Of a stretch of 64,000 bases of DNA, positions 16,660-29,070 are shown piece after piece. Origin of the DNA: Amoebidium appalachense (Eukaryota; Protista; Ichthyosporea). The stretch covers positions 558,001-622,000 of the forward strand of contig CAVNZM010000008.1 of assembly GCA_963693365.1 (NCBI GenBank), read 5' to 3'. How positions within the stretch are numbered: the first letter of the stretch is position 1; each line of letters starts with the position of its first letter. The translations under genes and the position numbers were made by a program. Below the pieces are notes generated by a model. That model was given only the letters and a program-made list of their open reading frames with translations, was not told where the DNA came from and did no database searches.

Positions 16660-18038
16660 ACATGCACGTGGGTGCAAGCGTGCAAGAATCTGCATGGCCG
16701 GCCACTGGTGTGTGCTGTGTATATGCATTGTGTGCTTGTGTGTGTGTGCGCACATGTGTTTGCACCGTTTCTATTCATGCATGTGTGTGTGTGTGCGTGT
16801 GCAACTGTGTGTGAGTTTGTGTGTGTCAGTATGTGTTGGTGGCCAGGTGTGTGCATGTGTGTGTGTGCGCGCGCACGTGCGCACATGTTTGTGCGTGGGT
16901 GTGTGTACGTGTGTGTGTGTGTTGTGTGTGATAATAGGCAGATGTATCAATATCCCCAGGATGGATAGGCAGATATGTCAATATCCCCAGCAACACCACA
17001 GCCTGTGTACCCGAACTGTAAGCCCACACTACCATCATACCCCCCCGCTGCTTCATGATCCGTAGAGATGTGAGCCAGTAATCCATACCGAGAGCTCATG
17101 TTTGACGTACAAGTTACAGGGAAAAAAGAACAAGAGAATAACATACTTCACGTTGTGGGGGTGGTCAGGAATACAAAGCAGGCGTCACAAGAGGTTAGCG
17201 TAGGGCTGTGTCACATGTGTGCATTCCTGTGTGTGTGTGTCCGGGGGGATGGGGGGGGTGGGGGTGGGGGGGGAGGCTAAGCGTGCACGTGTCGTGTATT
17301 GATGTGTGTGTATCACGTCCTTGTACCTGTGCACGCGTGCCTATGTGTGTGCAGATGTACCCCAATGCACATCCACACAAGCAGGGGGCATGGGGAGCAT
17401 ACATGCACTGTTTTCGTCGTAGGTGGCCAGGTCTGTAGGCAGTAGGGTGAACTCATAGAGACTGGTCCACTGGTCTCGGTTGATGCCCCGGTGGGTGCTG
17501 CCCTGCACGGTGCATGCGGTGAGCAGACAGGCACACACACGGTGCATGCAGTGAGCAGACAGGCACACACAGTGCATGCAGTGGGCAGACAGGCACACAC
17601 AGTGCATGCAGTGGGCAGACAGGGGCACACAGTGCATGCAGTGGGCAGACAGGCACACACAGTGCATGCAGTGGGCAGACAGGCACACACAGTGCATGCA
17701 GTGGGCAGACAGGCACACACAGTGCATGCAGTGGGCAGACAGGCACACACAGTGCATGCAGTGGGCAGACAGGCACACACAGTGCATGCAGTGGGCAGAC
17801 AGGCACACTCAGTGCATGCAGGGGGCAGACAGGCACACACACACAAGGTGCATGCTTGGTTCCGAGCCAACACACTCAGCCCCTCTTTTTTTTCCATTTC
17901 TCTTCCCACCTGCACAGTTTGTACCACCTACCCCTTCCTTCCACACCGATTCCTCCTCCCTTCCCCTCCCCCCCCCCCTCTTCCCCCGTTCCTTTCCTGT
18001 CCTCCTGACACACCCGCCAACAATCCCTTTGCCCCCCC

Positions 18039-18075
<37 letters not shown>

Positions 18076-19189
18076 ACCACCACCACCACCACCACCACCA
18101 ACACCACAAAAAAAAAAAAAAAAAAAAAAATTCCATAACCCCGCCACCTACCTGCAGATAGTCGATCAGGCACTCTGCCCACCTCCACCTGCCCACCAGC
18201 AGCAGGCCCAGCATGGCCACGGCACGGTCCATGTCCACACTGCGCTGGTCTGGATCCCGCACAAAGTCGTAGGCATAGCGGTACAGCGCCTGGTGGGTTA
18301 GATGGGTTAATACATAGCGGTGCGGCGCCTGGTGGGTTAGATGGGTTAATACATAGCGGTACAGCGCCTAGCGGGTTAATTGGGTTGATAAACTAATATT
18401 ATTGAGCATGGCGACAAAGCGTCATATTGAGGGTTGATAACGAGCACAATGGTACATCACCTAATAGGGTAAAAAAAAAAGGGTTCGTAGTTGGGCATAG
18501 TAGCACGGCACTAAAAGGGGTGTAGCTAGGTTTAATACTTGGATACTAGAGCCCATCGCTTAACGGGGTTACTGAAGCTATTAATCACTAATCACAGCGG
18601 TACAATGCCTATATAAGTGCAATCATGTAGCCAAGTGGTTGGTGAGTGCTGATGGCCTTGTGGAATCGGTAAGCCGTGATTTCATATTCAAACAAACTGG
18701 CACGGCCAATGGTTCCTCGCCTTAAACTGGGTCTTGTCTGCTAGCAGCTTCTTCAGGTCATCCCTACGGCCTCTCAGCTCCTCGGTCGACTGCACTCTGC
18801 ACGTGCACATCAGTCACGGCCCCCGGTTTGATTCCCTATCATCCACGCAGAAAACCCCTAGCTTATTGCGCCCACTATCTTACACCCTGGACCACCAACT
18901 TACGAATACCCCCTCCCTCCCCTCCCCCCCAACCCCCCACAACCCCGATGGATGCGCGTGGGTGCAAGCAATAGTGTGAGATATGCTCGCTGTGTGGGTA
19001 TGTATATGTATATACACGTGCAAACAACGACTTTCAACCGCTCAGGCTAAAATCAACACCTCAGGACCTTCAAGTTCCACTACCTTACTCGCCCTCCAGG
19101 GGAGTTCAAGCAAATTTTGCCCATCCCCCCCCCCCCCCCCCCCCCAAACACACACACACACAGACACACACACACATCAACCAGCTGCC

Positions 19190-19230
<41 letters not shown>

Positions 19231-21272
19231 GCACGCACGCACACGCACACGCACACACGCACACGCACACGCACACACATACACACACACACATACACAC
19301 ACACCTGAGCCTCTCCATGCCTGCCCTCCACTCCTCCCTCGTGAAGTAGCCCATTGTCTTTGCATTCAACTGCCATGCCAGCACAAGCATTGTAATCTGC
19401 ATCCCAGCCAATCAGCTCATGGCTGCGCACTATGCTCTGCCACGTGACCAACGATCATGTGTGCACCGTATCATACGGAAAAAGAGAAGAAGGGTCTAGT
19501 GGCTTCTGTGCATGTGTGGGGTCCTTTTTCTTTCATATAAAGAACATGACAATTGGGATTGAACTTCTGCAAGAAGGGGGGGCATCTCACCAAGGTTGAC
19601 AAAAAGTCATGAAAGAGGGGAGAGAACCAAAAAAATAAAAAAGTTGGAGCAGTTGGGGATCGAACCCAAGGCATCTCGCATGCAAAGCGAGCGCTCTACC
19701 ACTGAGCTACAGCCCCACATGATGTCGCCCAGTTGACCTATAATCAGATTCCTATCCTAGACAATCCTTCCTGTGTGCCTCAAATTCAAAATTAATGTAA
19801 AGCTTGTATCTCTTTTTACCATGTGCCGTGTCTCTGTGTGCATGCCATACCACACATAGCTTTCCTTTTCTCAATAGTTTATACTGTACGTGTAACTCAC
19901 CCCAGCTGGTCCCAGTGAGTACAGAAGCAGACATGCAGTGCACAAAACAAAACGAACACACAGAAACATGCCACTAATGCGGATGGCCCACACAGAATCA
20001 AAAAAAGAAAAAAAAAGGTTGGGGGGTTGGGGGGGAGGGGGGGGGGGAGGGGTTGGTTGGTTGGTTGGTTGGTTGGTTAAAAAAGAAAAAAAAAGGTTGG
20101 GGGGTTGGGGGGGAGGGGGGGGGAGGAGGGGGTTGGTTGTTGGTTGGTTGGTTAAAAGAATGTGTTCCAGAGTAAGAAGTACACATTCACAAAAAACATA
20201 ATACAGTGTGCAAACCACACAAAGAGTATAAATAAGAAGCAGAGCCCATCCTCAGGAAGGGACCAAGTCATACCGGGGCCGGGGGAGGAGGGGGGGGGGG
20301 GAAGGGGGTGGGGTGGGGGGGGGAGGGGGGGGGAGGAATTTTTACATCCTCCGGGACCACACCCAGGTCGTCACACAGCCTCTCCATCCCACTGGGACCT
20401 ATTGTGTCTTTGTCCTCGTCTAAATGAAAATGTGAGTGTTAGAGAATAAGGGGGGGGGGGGGGGGGGGGGGGGGGGTTGTAATACAGAAAGCAAGTATAC
20501 GCATGTACGGTGGACAAATAATGCAGAGGGCAAGCCACGGATAAATGGTATGCATAGTAGGAAGAAACCAGGAAGGGGGGAGGGGGGAGGGGAGGGGGGG
20601 GGAGGGGGGGGGGGGGGGGGGGGTTTTGAATGCGTCAAAAAGTACGAAGTACACAAGAACAAACGGATAACACGATGCAGAATGCAAGCCATACATAAAG
20701 AGTATGCATAATAAGCAGAGCCCATCCTCAGGGGGGGCCCACGTCATCCACAGTACCCGAGTTTCGACCTATTCCCCTCGTTAACGAAACCCAACTCAGA
20801 TACTGTTTCACTTGAACATGAGTAGGTCACCCGTCTTGATCAGAGACGAGCAGGGTTGCTTATGCAGGCAAGGGCAGTGGGAAAGGCCGGGGGTTAAAGT
20901 TGCAGCAGTAAGCAGAAGCAAGAAAAATATAGATAGGAACTCAGGAGACGGGGCTTCTAGGAAGCTCCCCCGTCGGGGGGGGGGGGGGGGATACTGCAAG
21001 GTTGCCAATAATGCAAGAGCGGAAATGTTCGCCGCCCACCTCAGCACGTACTCTTTTTAACCCCCACAACTAATACAACATCTCCAGTACCCCACCCTAC
21101 CACCCTTGCACCATCCTCCTTTCACGAATGATAAGCCCCCCCCCCCACCCCCCTCCCCCCCTTACACATATACCACCATCGTTACAACCCACCCAGGCAA
21201 CAACAACCCCCCCCCCCCCCCCCCCCCCCCCCAACCACCACCACCACCACCACAACCACGTGCGCGCACACA

Positions 21273-21307
<35 letters not shown>

Positions 21308-21310
21308 CGT

Positions 21311-21352
<42 letters not shown>

Positions 21353-22642
21353 ATACGAACATATCAACATATACCGAACCCTCCTATCCCCCCCCCTCCC
21401 GCGCCCCCCCCCCCCAAAGAAAAAGGAATACACAAACACACGTACGATATGCACACGCACACGCACACGCACGCACACACACACACACACACACACGTCT
21501 ACACCTGCACGCACAGCAATACCACCCTTTGAATCCCCACCCTTCATATATAACCCACCCAGCACCACGATTCATATGCTCTCCCACTCCACCCACCTCC
21601 AGCCCGTCCCACAGCCTACCCCATACGCTCTAATCCCCCCTCCCCCCTACCCCCACCTCCCGCCCTCCAGGCATCTCCATCCAGCCCCACCCCCCTCCCA
21701 CGCACTCACCCGTGTACTTGCCGAACCACTCGTCCACCAGGCCCAGGCTGAAGCTGTCAGCATCCTTAAAACTGTCCTCACTGGACGTGGCCTCCCTCTG
21801 TGGCTGGCTGATCTTTCGTCCACTCAACTTTGGCCCCAACCCATTGCCAGTCTCACGGCTGGACTTGCGGGAGCTGGGTGCCAAGGGGGGAAGGGGGGGA
21901 AGGTGGGGAGGGGGGGGGGGGGGGGAGAGGGGGGGAAAGATCGTAAGTGGACGGTGAGGTGGGGGGGAGGCAGGGGGGGGGTGATGGGTGATGGGGACTG
22001 GGGGGGGGGGGGGGGGGAGGGTAAGAGGCCGGGGGCCGGGGAGGGGGGGGGGGGGGGGAGGACTGAAGACGGCAAGATGTGACAAAAAGGTGACGTAAGA
22101 GGTGGAGGAGAGAAGAGTGGAAACAAGAGTGAGCAGAATAGTGAAGGTCGGAGGGGCAGGTATAGTGGAGAAATAGATGGATAGCTGGACGGGCGGTGGT
22201 GTGACAAAGAAATGGTGGGCAAAGAAAGATGATTCGAGTAAGGTGTGGTACTGCGCTTGGGTAGACCCTGAAAGGGTGAGGAAGGTTGGAGGGACGGAAG
22301 GGGAGGAAGGAGAGGTTCTGCATGGGCCAACGAAACGGTAGTTCTCACTTCGCCTGTCTCTTGGGTCCAAACAAAGAGAAATGAGATGCGTACAACTTGC
22401 AGAATCTTTTAGTTTGCGTGCACGTGCAGGCACAGTGAGTGGATGTGTGTGTGTGTGTGCGTAAATGTGGTGGCAGTGGTCCAGGAGGCGGAGGGCGGGG
22501 GGGGGGGGGGGGGGGGGAGCGGGGACAACAACAAGAGGAAAAGAAAGCACAACAGTGTTTTACACACAGGAATCCCCAGCATAGCTGAAACGTTTCACCA
22601 AGAGTTCAACAGCACAACTCACCTGCTTGCCTTCGCCCCCAT
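16516..22642 (-). CDS. DCN1-like (defective in cullin neddylation) protein with PONY domain, ~244 aa, no UBA domain
   Basis: Exons 22642-22623, 21873-21710, 20419-20346, 19396-19305, 18796-18721, 18289-18152, 17502-17403 and 16586-16516 join in phase. They give [77 protein letters not shown], with the D-A-D cullin-binding patch intact. Confidence 0.93.
17507..17842. repeat. 30-bp minisatellite
   Basis: About 11 copies of gtgggcagacaggcacacacagtgcatgca abutting a DCN1-like acceptor. Confidence 0.95.
18274..18390. repeat. 39-bp tandem triplication of an intron/exon junction
   Basis: catagcggtacagcgcctggtgggttagatgggttaata at 18274 and 18313, with a degenerate copy at 18352. Confidence 0.85.
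19645..19716 (-). tRNA. tRNA-Ala (TGC)
   Basis: GGGGCTGTAGCTCAGTGGTAGAGCGCTCGCTTTGCATGCGAGATGCCTTGGGTTCGATCCCCAACTGCTCCA folds as a cloverleaf with A and B boxes, the G3:U70 Ala identity pair and a downstream T-run terminator. Confidence 0.95.
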
Positions 22643-23300
22643 CCTGTCCCGCTGCAGAAGTCCGCTGCAAACGCTCTCTGCTGCAGCCTTATCGCCCCAC
22701 ACTTGCCAACCACACACCAACACACGCACACACGCAAACACGCAAACACGCCCGCACGCACAACTAGACTATGTGCGGCATCACGTCACCATGCAAGTGC
22801 ACTCAAACTTCAAGTCTGAAGCCTTCGAAGCCGGCTGCAGCTGAGCCAACCAGGCTCTGTGTGCAAGGTGTCAAAAAAGATGACGGCGCTGCACCTATCC
22901 GCGCCTCCGGGTGTCGTGACTTTATAGTCATATATGGGTTCCCAACACGCTACACCATTGGTCAGCTCCTTTCCACTGTAATGGTCGCAATTCGGGCTTG
23001 AGAGCTAAAGCACCAGAAACGCAACATAGAACATACAGCCGTGCCCTAATGTACGAATATTTAAGGTTTTTATTTTCTCTTCTCTGGAGTCTCTTCTTTT
23101 TGGGTTTTGAGGCTTGAGAGGTCTTCGATCAACTCTCCGCTCATCACGCACCGAGTTCATCCCCCTAGACCATGGCGCAATTTTAACCAATCAGCGCAAT
23201 CCAGCATGAGCCACTCGTGACGTCATGTAAGCCGCACCCCTCGCGATCGGGCGCAGCTGCCCAACAAGTCGATGCAGTCAGCTGCTTCGTTTTCGTTAAG
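22643..23300. promoter_or_regulatory. Putative bidirectional promoter (DCN1-like / ATG29) with CCAAT and CRE
   Basis: Divergent genes. CCAAT at 23187 and the palindrome TGACGTCA at 23218-23225. Confidence 0.45.
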
Positions 23301-24010
23301 CTTGTGCCCTTCAAGCGGCTTGTACGAGTGTTGACACTGCATACACCTCTACGCATACCCAACTACTAAGGGGATAGTAGGATAGTTGCATAGTTAGGCC
23401 CTATGCCACACTGTCTGGTTTAAAGGTTCAGGAGGCTGGCCGCTACCTTTGGTCCAAGGGAGTACTGACCAGCACGCAGGCGGCCCGGCGGATACGGATC
23501 AAGACTTGCAGGTATTGAGGTTTCTGAGATGTTTTGGTTTCAGAGAGAGCGGTTGAGGGTTATTGTTTGCTCGTGTACCTATACAGCCACGCGCTGAGCA
23601 CATTGGCACATTCTTGACTGCAATCGCACGCATCCTGCACTTTTGTGGGCAAGCACACACGAGCGCAGAGCCCTGCGCATCCCGTGTTAAATTAGGGCAT
23701 TGCTGGTTCTGCTAAATCGCACTTTCTCACCGCCACACGCAGACACATGCACACTTCACACGGAGACGTATACACACAAACACCTATGTACACCCCCTCC
23801 CCCCCGCCCCCCCTTGCGCTTAACACCCAACCACAGACTCACACCCATAATGTGTAAATACTCACACTCACAAACATTCGCATACAATCACAAACATTCA
23901 CACGCTACCCCCTCCCCTTCCCCCTCCCCCCCAAACACACAAACACGCCTATACACACATGCACAGCCAAGCACACAAGCACGAACACCACCATAAGCAC
24001 GCACACAGGC

Positions 24011-24388
24011 ATGGCCACGCACCCGTGCGGGCCACGTGGGCCCAGCAACCTGCACGTGATCATACGTGTGCCCTGGAAGCGCCCTGCCCCTCAGCAGGTG
24101 TGTGTTGGTCTATTCTCCCCACTGCTTATTGGGTATTGGGCGGGCATTTTGACTTTCCAAATTCTACTGTCTGTGCTGTATTGTGGCCATGAATGGCTGT
24201 CGTAAGGAGCTGGCTGCATGGTTGCTCGCAGCCCGTTTTATTTAGCGAATATAGTCTGCGGAGGGAAGGAGTGAGAAGGGGGAAAGGTTTTTCAGTGAGT
24301 AGGAGGTTGTGGGGGGGGGGGGGAGTAACAACAAGACTTTGGAGCGAGGCCTGCAACACACAAAGTGTGGATATTGGCACAGTGGCAG

Positions 24389-24419
<31 letters not shown>

Positions 24420-24834
24420 AAGGGGGGCAGGATGTGTGTCTGTGTGTAGGTTTGTGGGTGGTTTGCGTGGCGGGGGGAGGGGGGTGGGGGGGTGGGGGGT
24501 GGGCGCTCTTTGCCATATGGTTGATCCCCGAGAAGTCTTACGGTATTGGGAGCAGGAATGGACGGCAGACAGAGATGTTCTGCTGGGGCAGTATTTGGGG
24601 GCAGGTGAGGACTACGACAATATCGACTGTAAGTGCACACACACACACACGCACACACACACCTGCGCGCGTATAAACCTCTATGATGCGTGCCAAGTTC
24701 CTTGACCCTCCACACGCATGTACAATGGTCACGCAGTCTTCTTGTGCCGCCCATTACATAGCACTACCCTGTATACACCGGATCATCGTCTGGTCAAATG
24801 TGTCGCATTTGCCGGATATGGATAGGAAGGGACC

Positions 24835-24883
<49 letters not shown>

Positions 24884-25251
24884 CAAAATCTTTGCGTTGT
24901 GGTGTGCGTGTGTGTGTGTTGTACATGTCTTTGTGTGTGCGCATTTGTGTTTGTGTACACGTGTGTTGGTATGTTGTGTGTGTGTTTGTGTGTATGTTTG
25001 TGTGTGTGTGTGCACGTATGTGCACAGGCTCCGGTTAGAAGGTGGCTTATAGAGAATGCATGTGGTGCCTTGCCGGCCTGCCTGCATCGTAGTCAGCATG
25101 TAATCGTGTCTGATTGGCCCACGTTGCTGCAGGGCAAGCAATCTCATTCGCTGTTGGCCTGCCCGTGGAGGAGTGCATGCGCAGGGCCACACATCTGCTC
25201 CACCGCCAGTACCGGCAGGTGCCCCCTCCCCTCCCCGCCCTCCCCCTCCCC

Positions 25252-25301
<50 letters not shown>

Positions 25302-25594
25302 ACTATCCCATTACCACCATCACGGTTTCCATGTGCACACGGACAACAGCTCTATCCCCTTAGCCACCCGGGGCCTACAAACAATGGTTTGTTGTTTCGA
25401 AGATCGTTTCTAATGTAGATGCCTGTCGGAGTTGTTGAAGTGTAATGAAAGTTTGGTGCAAAGGTGGACGTAATTGGAGCCGGAAACGGGTGCAGGGTAG
25501 GGGCTTCCTATCGGATATATGTACGTGTGTATTTGGGTTGCTCAAATCTCCACGACAAAAGCTATACCCCTGCTCAAGTGGACACCCGTATTAT

Positions 25595-25630
<36 letters not shown>

Positions 25631-25949
25631 CCTTCTTCCCCCATCTCCCATTCCCTTTTCTTCCTTCCTGGGTTCTCACTTCTGGAACCACTGTCTTTTC
25701 TTTCATGCTCAAAGATCTTTGATGAACAGGCAGGCACACAAGCACACCCTGCACACATTTACACTTGTCCAATACATGCCTGTGTGCATGCACCCTCCAT
25801 TTGCGTGCACGCCCCCCCCCCCCCCCCCCCCCCCCTCCCCCCCTCCATCCCTCCACCCACCCACCCACCACCACCACTACCACCACCACCACACACTCAC
25901 ACGCGCGCGCGCGCTCGCGCTGCGCGCTCGCGCTGCGCGCACACACACG

Positions 25950-26007
<58 letters not shown>

Positions 26008-27097
26008 CCCGGAGTGCCATGACCGAGTCACAGGACACCAAGCCACCACCTGCCCCCACAACAACTGCCCCAGTCCCAAAAGAAGAACACACGAGCCACT
26101 CTCCACATCCAGGTAGGGGGGTGCTTGAAGAGAGAGAGAAAGGGGGGGGGGGGGGGGGGGGGGGGGGGGGAGGGAAGAGGGCTTTTTCTGATAGCATGAT
26201 TTGGTGGGTAGGTTTTTTGGTTTGCTTGTGTGTGTGTGCGTAGGGGGGGAAGGGGGAGGGGAAGGGAGGGGATACTTTTTCATTCTCAAATTGGTGTATG
26301 CTTCTTTTTTTGCAGGCGGTGTTCATCTTCTGTTGTTTTCTCACTTGATTGGTTGAGTGTGGCAGGGTTCTGGTGGACCATTTATTGCATATACCAGCAG
26401 TGATGTGGTGTGTGTGGTTGCTTGTGGTTCGATACACCCACAGCTAGACTTTTTTTACCAGCGTGTCTCTCTTGTTCTATATTGATGGCACCTAAATATT
26501 TCGATATATGTATTTTTTATATTGCCTTTCATCCAGGTGTATCTCTTGCTCTCCCACAAGTGCATGTCTCTCCTTTTCCCACAGGTTTATCCCATCTCTT
26601 TTCCTGCAGGTGTATCTCTCTCCCTCAGGCTTATCTCGTTTCTTTTCCTACAGGTGTGTGTTTTTCTTTTTTCTACAGGTTTATCTCGTTCTTTTCCTAC
26701 AGGTGTGTGTTTTTCTTTTTTCTACAGGTTTATCTCGTTCTTTTCCTACAGGTGTGTGTTTTTCTTTTTTCTACAGGTTTATCTCGTTCTTTTCCTGCCG
26801 GTGCATCAGGTTTGCACCCCCACGGGTGTATCTCTTTTCTTTTTCTCTTTCCTTTACTACAGGTGTACTTCTTCCCTTTCATACATATCTATCTCCTACA
26901 CTTTTTTCTTTCTCCCTTCCATCCTTTTCTCTTTAACCCCATCATGGCCTGTGTGTGCCTGCCCTACCTCCTGTGTGCCATGATCCCCACTGAGTGGCCA
27001 AACCCCCCTCGCCCCCTCCCTCCCTTCCCCATCCCCCCTGCAGACCGAGGCACTGATCCCAGGCACCACCCACCAATCGATGTATGTATCAGTCAAG

Positions 27098-27141
<44 letters not shown>

Positions 27142-27551
27142 ACCCCACCCCCTCGCACCACCACCACCACCATCAACCCAACCCGAGCCAACCCATCCAA
27201 CCACCACCACCACCACCCCAATCTTCCCCGTATTTTGCCAGGTCACACCACGCCGTTTCTGTTTCCTAACCTTTTGGACACTCTACTTCATTGTGGTTTG
27301 GTATGATGCACTTCCTTGCTGGTGTTAGTTAGTTAGAAATGAGGGAGTGTGCATGCAGGGTGCATGGGGTGCATGGGTGCTGGGAGTGTGTGTGGGTGTT
27401 AGAATAGGAGGTCGTGGCACCTACACACATCCATATCACTAGAAGAACACGTTCAGTTGTCCCTTTTTTTGCATGGGTATGCCACTGAAACACATGGTGT
27501 CTTGGGCGTTCTTGTACATACATACATAATATGCCCATGCCCGCATGCGCG

Positions 27552-27631
<80 letters not shown>

Positions 27632-29036
27632 GATGCTCTAGTGCTGCATCACCACTTTGACTGGGATGAGATTGGGGCTGCTATGGGTCTGCCCCCAGCC
27701 GAGTGCCGGGCAGCCTATTTGCAGCGCACACACACCACCCACAGATCACCAGGTGATGCACCCCCCCCCCCCCCCCTCCTCCTCCTCCCCCCCCCCCCTC
27801 CCCCCGCACCCCGCCCCCCTCCCCCCCCCCCCCCCCCCGGGGACCCCTCCCCTTCCCTCCCTTCCCTCTTCTATTCGTAGTTGCATATACATATATGCTT
27901 TAACATAACATACTTGTTAGTGTGAATGTGTGGAAGAGAGGGGGGGGGGGGGGGGGGGGAGGGGAGTGAGGGAGGAAGAGAAGCAGGGAGGGGGGAGAGA
28001 AAGAAAGGTTGGGGAGAGAGGGAGAGAGAGACAGGTGGTGGGAGGGGAGGAAGGGGAGAGGACGAGGGTGGAGGGGGGGAGGGGGGGGGGGGGGGGGAGG
28101 AGGCGGAGAGGGGAGGGTGGGGGGGGGGGGGGGGGGAGGGGGGGGGGGGGATTGATAAAACAGGACTGATATAAGTGAGATGCAGAAGGCATGAACAGGC
28201 CTTAATATGATAACAAGATAAACGGTAACAAGAAGAGCCGTACATGAACAAGGCCAAAAAGAAAACCAACCAAAAACACGGACACCAGTTTACAAACATA
28301 AGCCAATGAATCTGTCCATACACACACACCCTATCACACCACCACCACCCAAGTCCGCTCATGTGCCCTGCAGGTCCCCTCCCTCCCCCCCCCTCCCCCC
28401 CCCCCCCCAAAAAAAAATAATAATAATGGGGCCAACTAGTTTGTTTGTGGCTGCCATCCATTTTTCACTCACATCGAGTCGCCACAGTTTCAGTGTCTGT
28501 GCCAGGCATGATGGGGGCAGAGGGGCCTGGGGGGAGTTGGAAGGGTCAGAGGCTATCACCCGTGCCGTGGAGGTGGGTGGCTGTAACTAACTCTCTGTAT
28601 GCACCAGGTTGCTGGGGCCTGATTGGTTGTTGCAAATTTTATATGGCCTGTGTATGAATTTGCAGGTGTCTGACTGGTGTGTGTATGTTATATTGCTGGG
28701 GTCTGATTGGCCTTTGTACTTTTTATATTGCTTGGCCTAGATTCTTGTTTGTCAAAGCCCTATGATTGGAGTCTGCTACTGGCCTTTGGAGGACTTGTGC
28801 ACGTATAGGACTTGGACATGTGTGTTTTTGTGTGCAAGGGGAGGGAGTGAAGGGGCCAAGGGGGGGGGGGGGGAGGCGGGGGGGATTAAGTTGGCAGAAT
28901 CCCGAATGGTTTTTTCTTTTTCCCTGAATGGTATAAGGTGAAATCTGGAATAGACAAAGGGCTGCTGCTTTTCGACTGTGTGTGTGACTGTGGAGGGGGA
29001 GGGGGGGGGGGGGAAGGAGAGGGGGGGGGGGGAGAA

Positions 29037-29070
<34 letters not shown>

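Noticed and set aside
17507-17842. 30-bp repeat array as a CRISPR, or as a Cys-rich repeat protein ([10 protein letters not shown])n
   Set aside because: The units are head-to-tail with no spacers, there are no cas genes, and the array lies in a DCN1-like intron.
23425-23510. Exon-like segment VQEAGRYLWSKG... as the ATG29 N-terminus
   Set aside because: Splicing to 24009 is out of frame with ATG 24011, so it is more likely 5'UTR.
26410-27306. 298-aa Phe-rich 'membrane protein' ORF
   Set aside because: It is a pyrimidine-rich tandem repeat in an ATG29 intron; only the 27044-27081 exon is coding.
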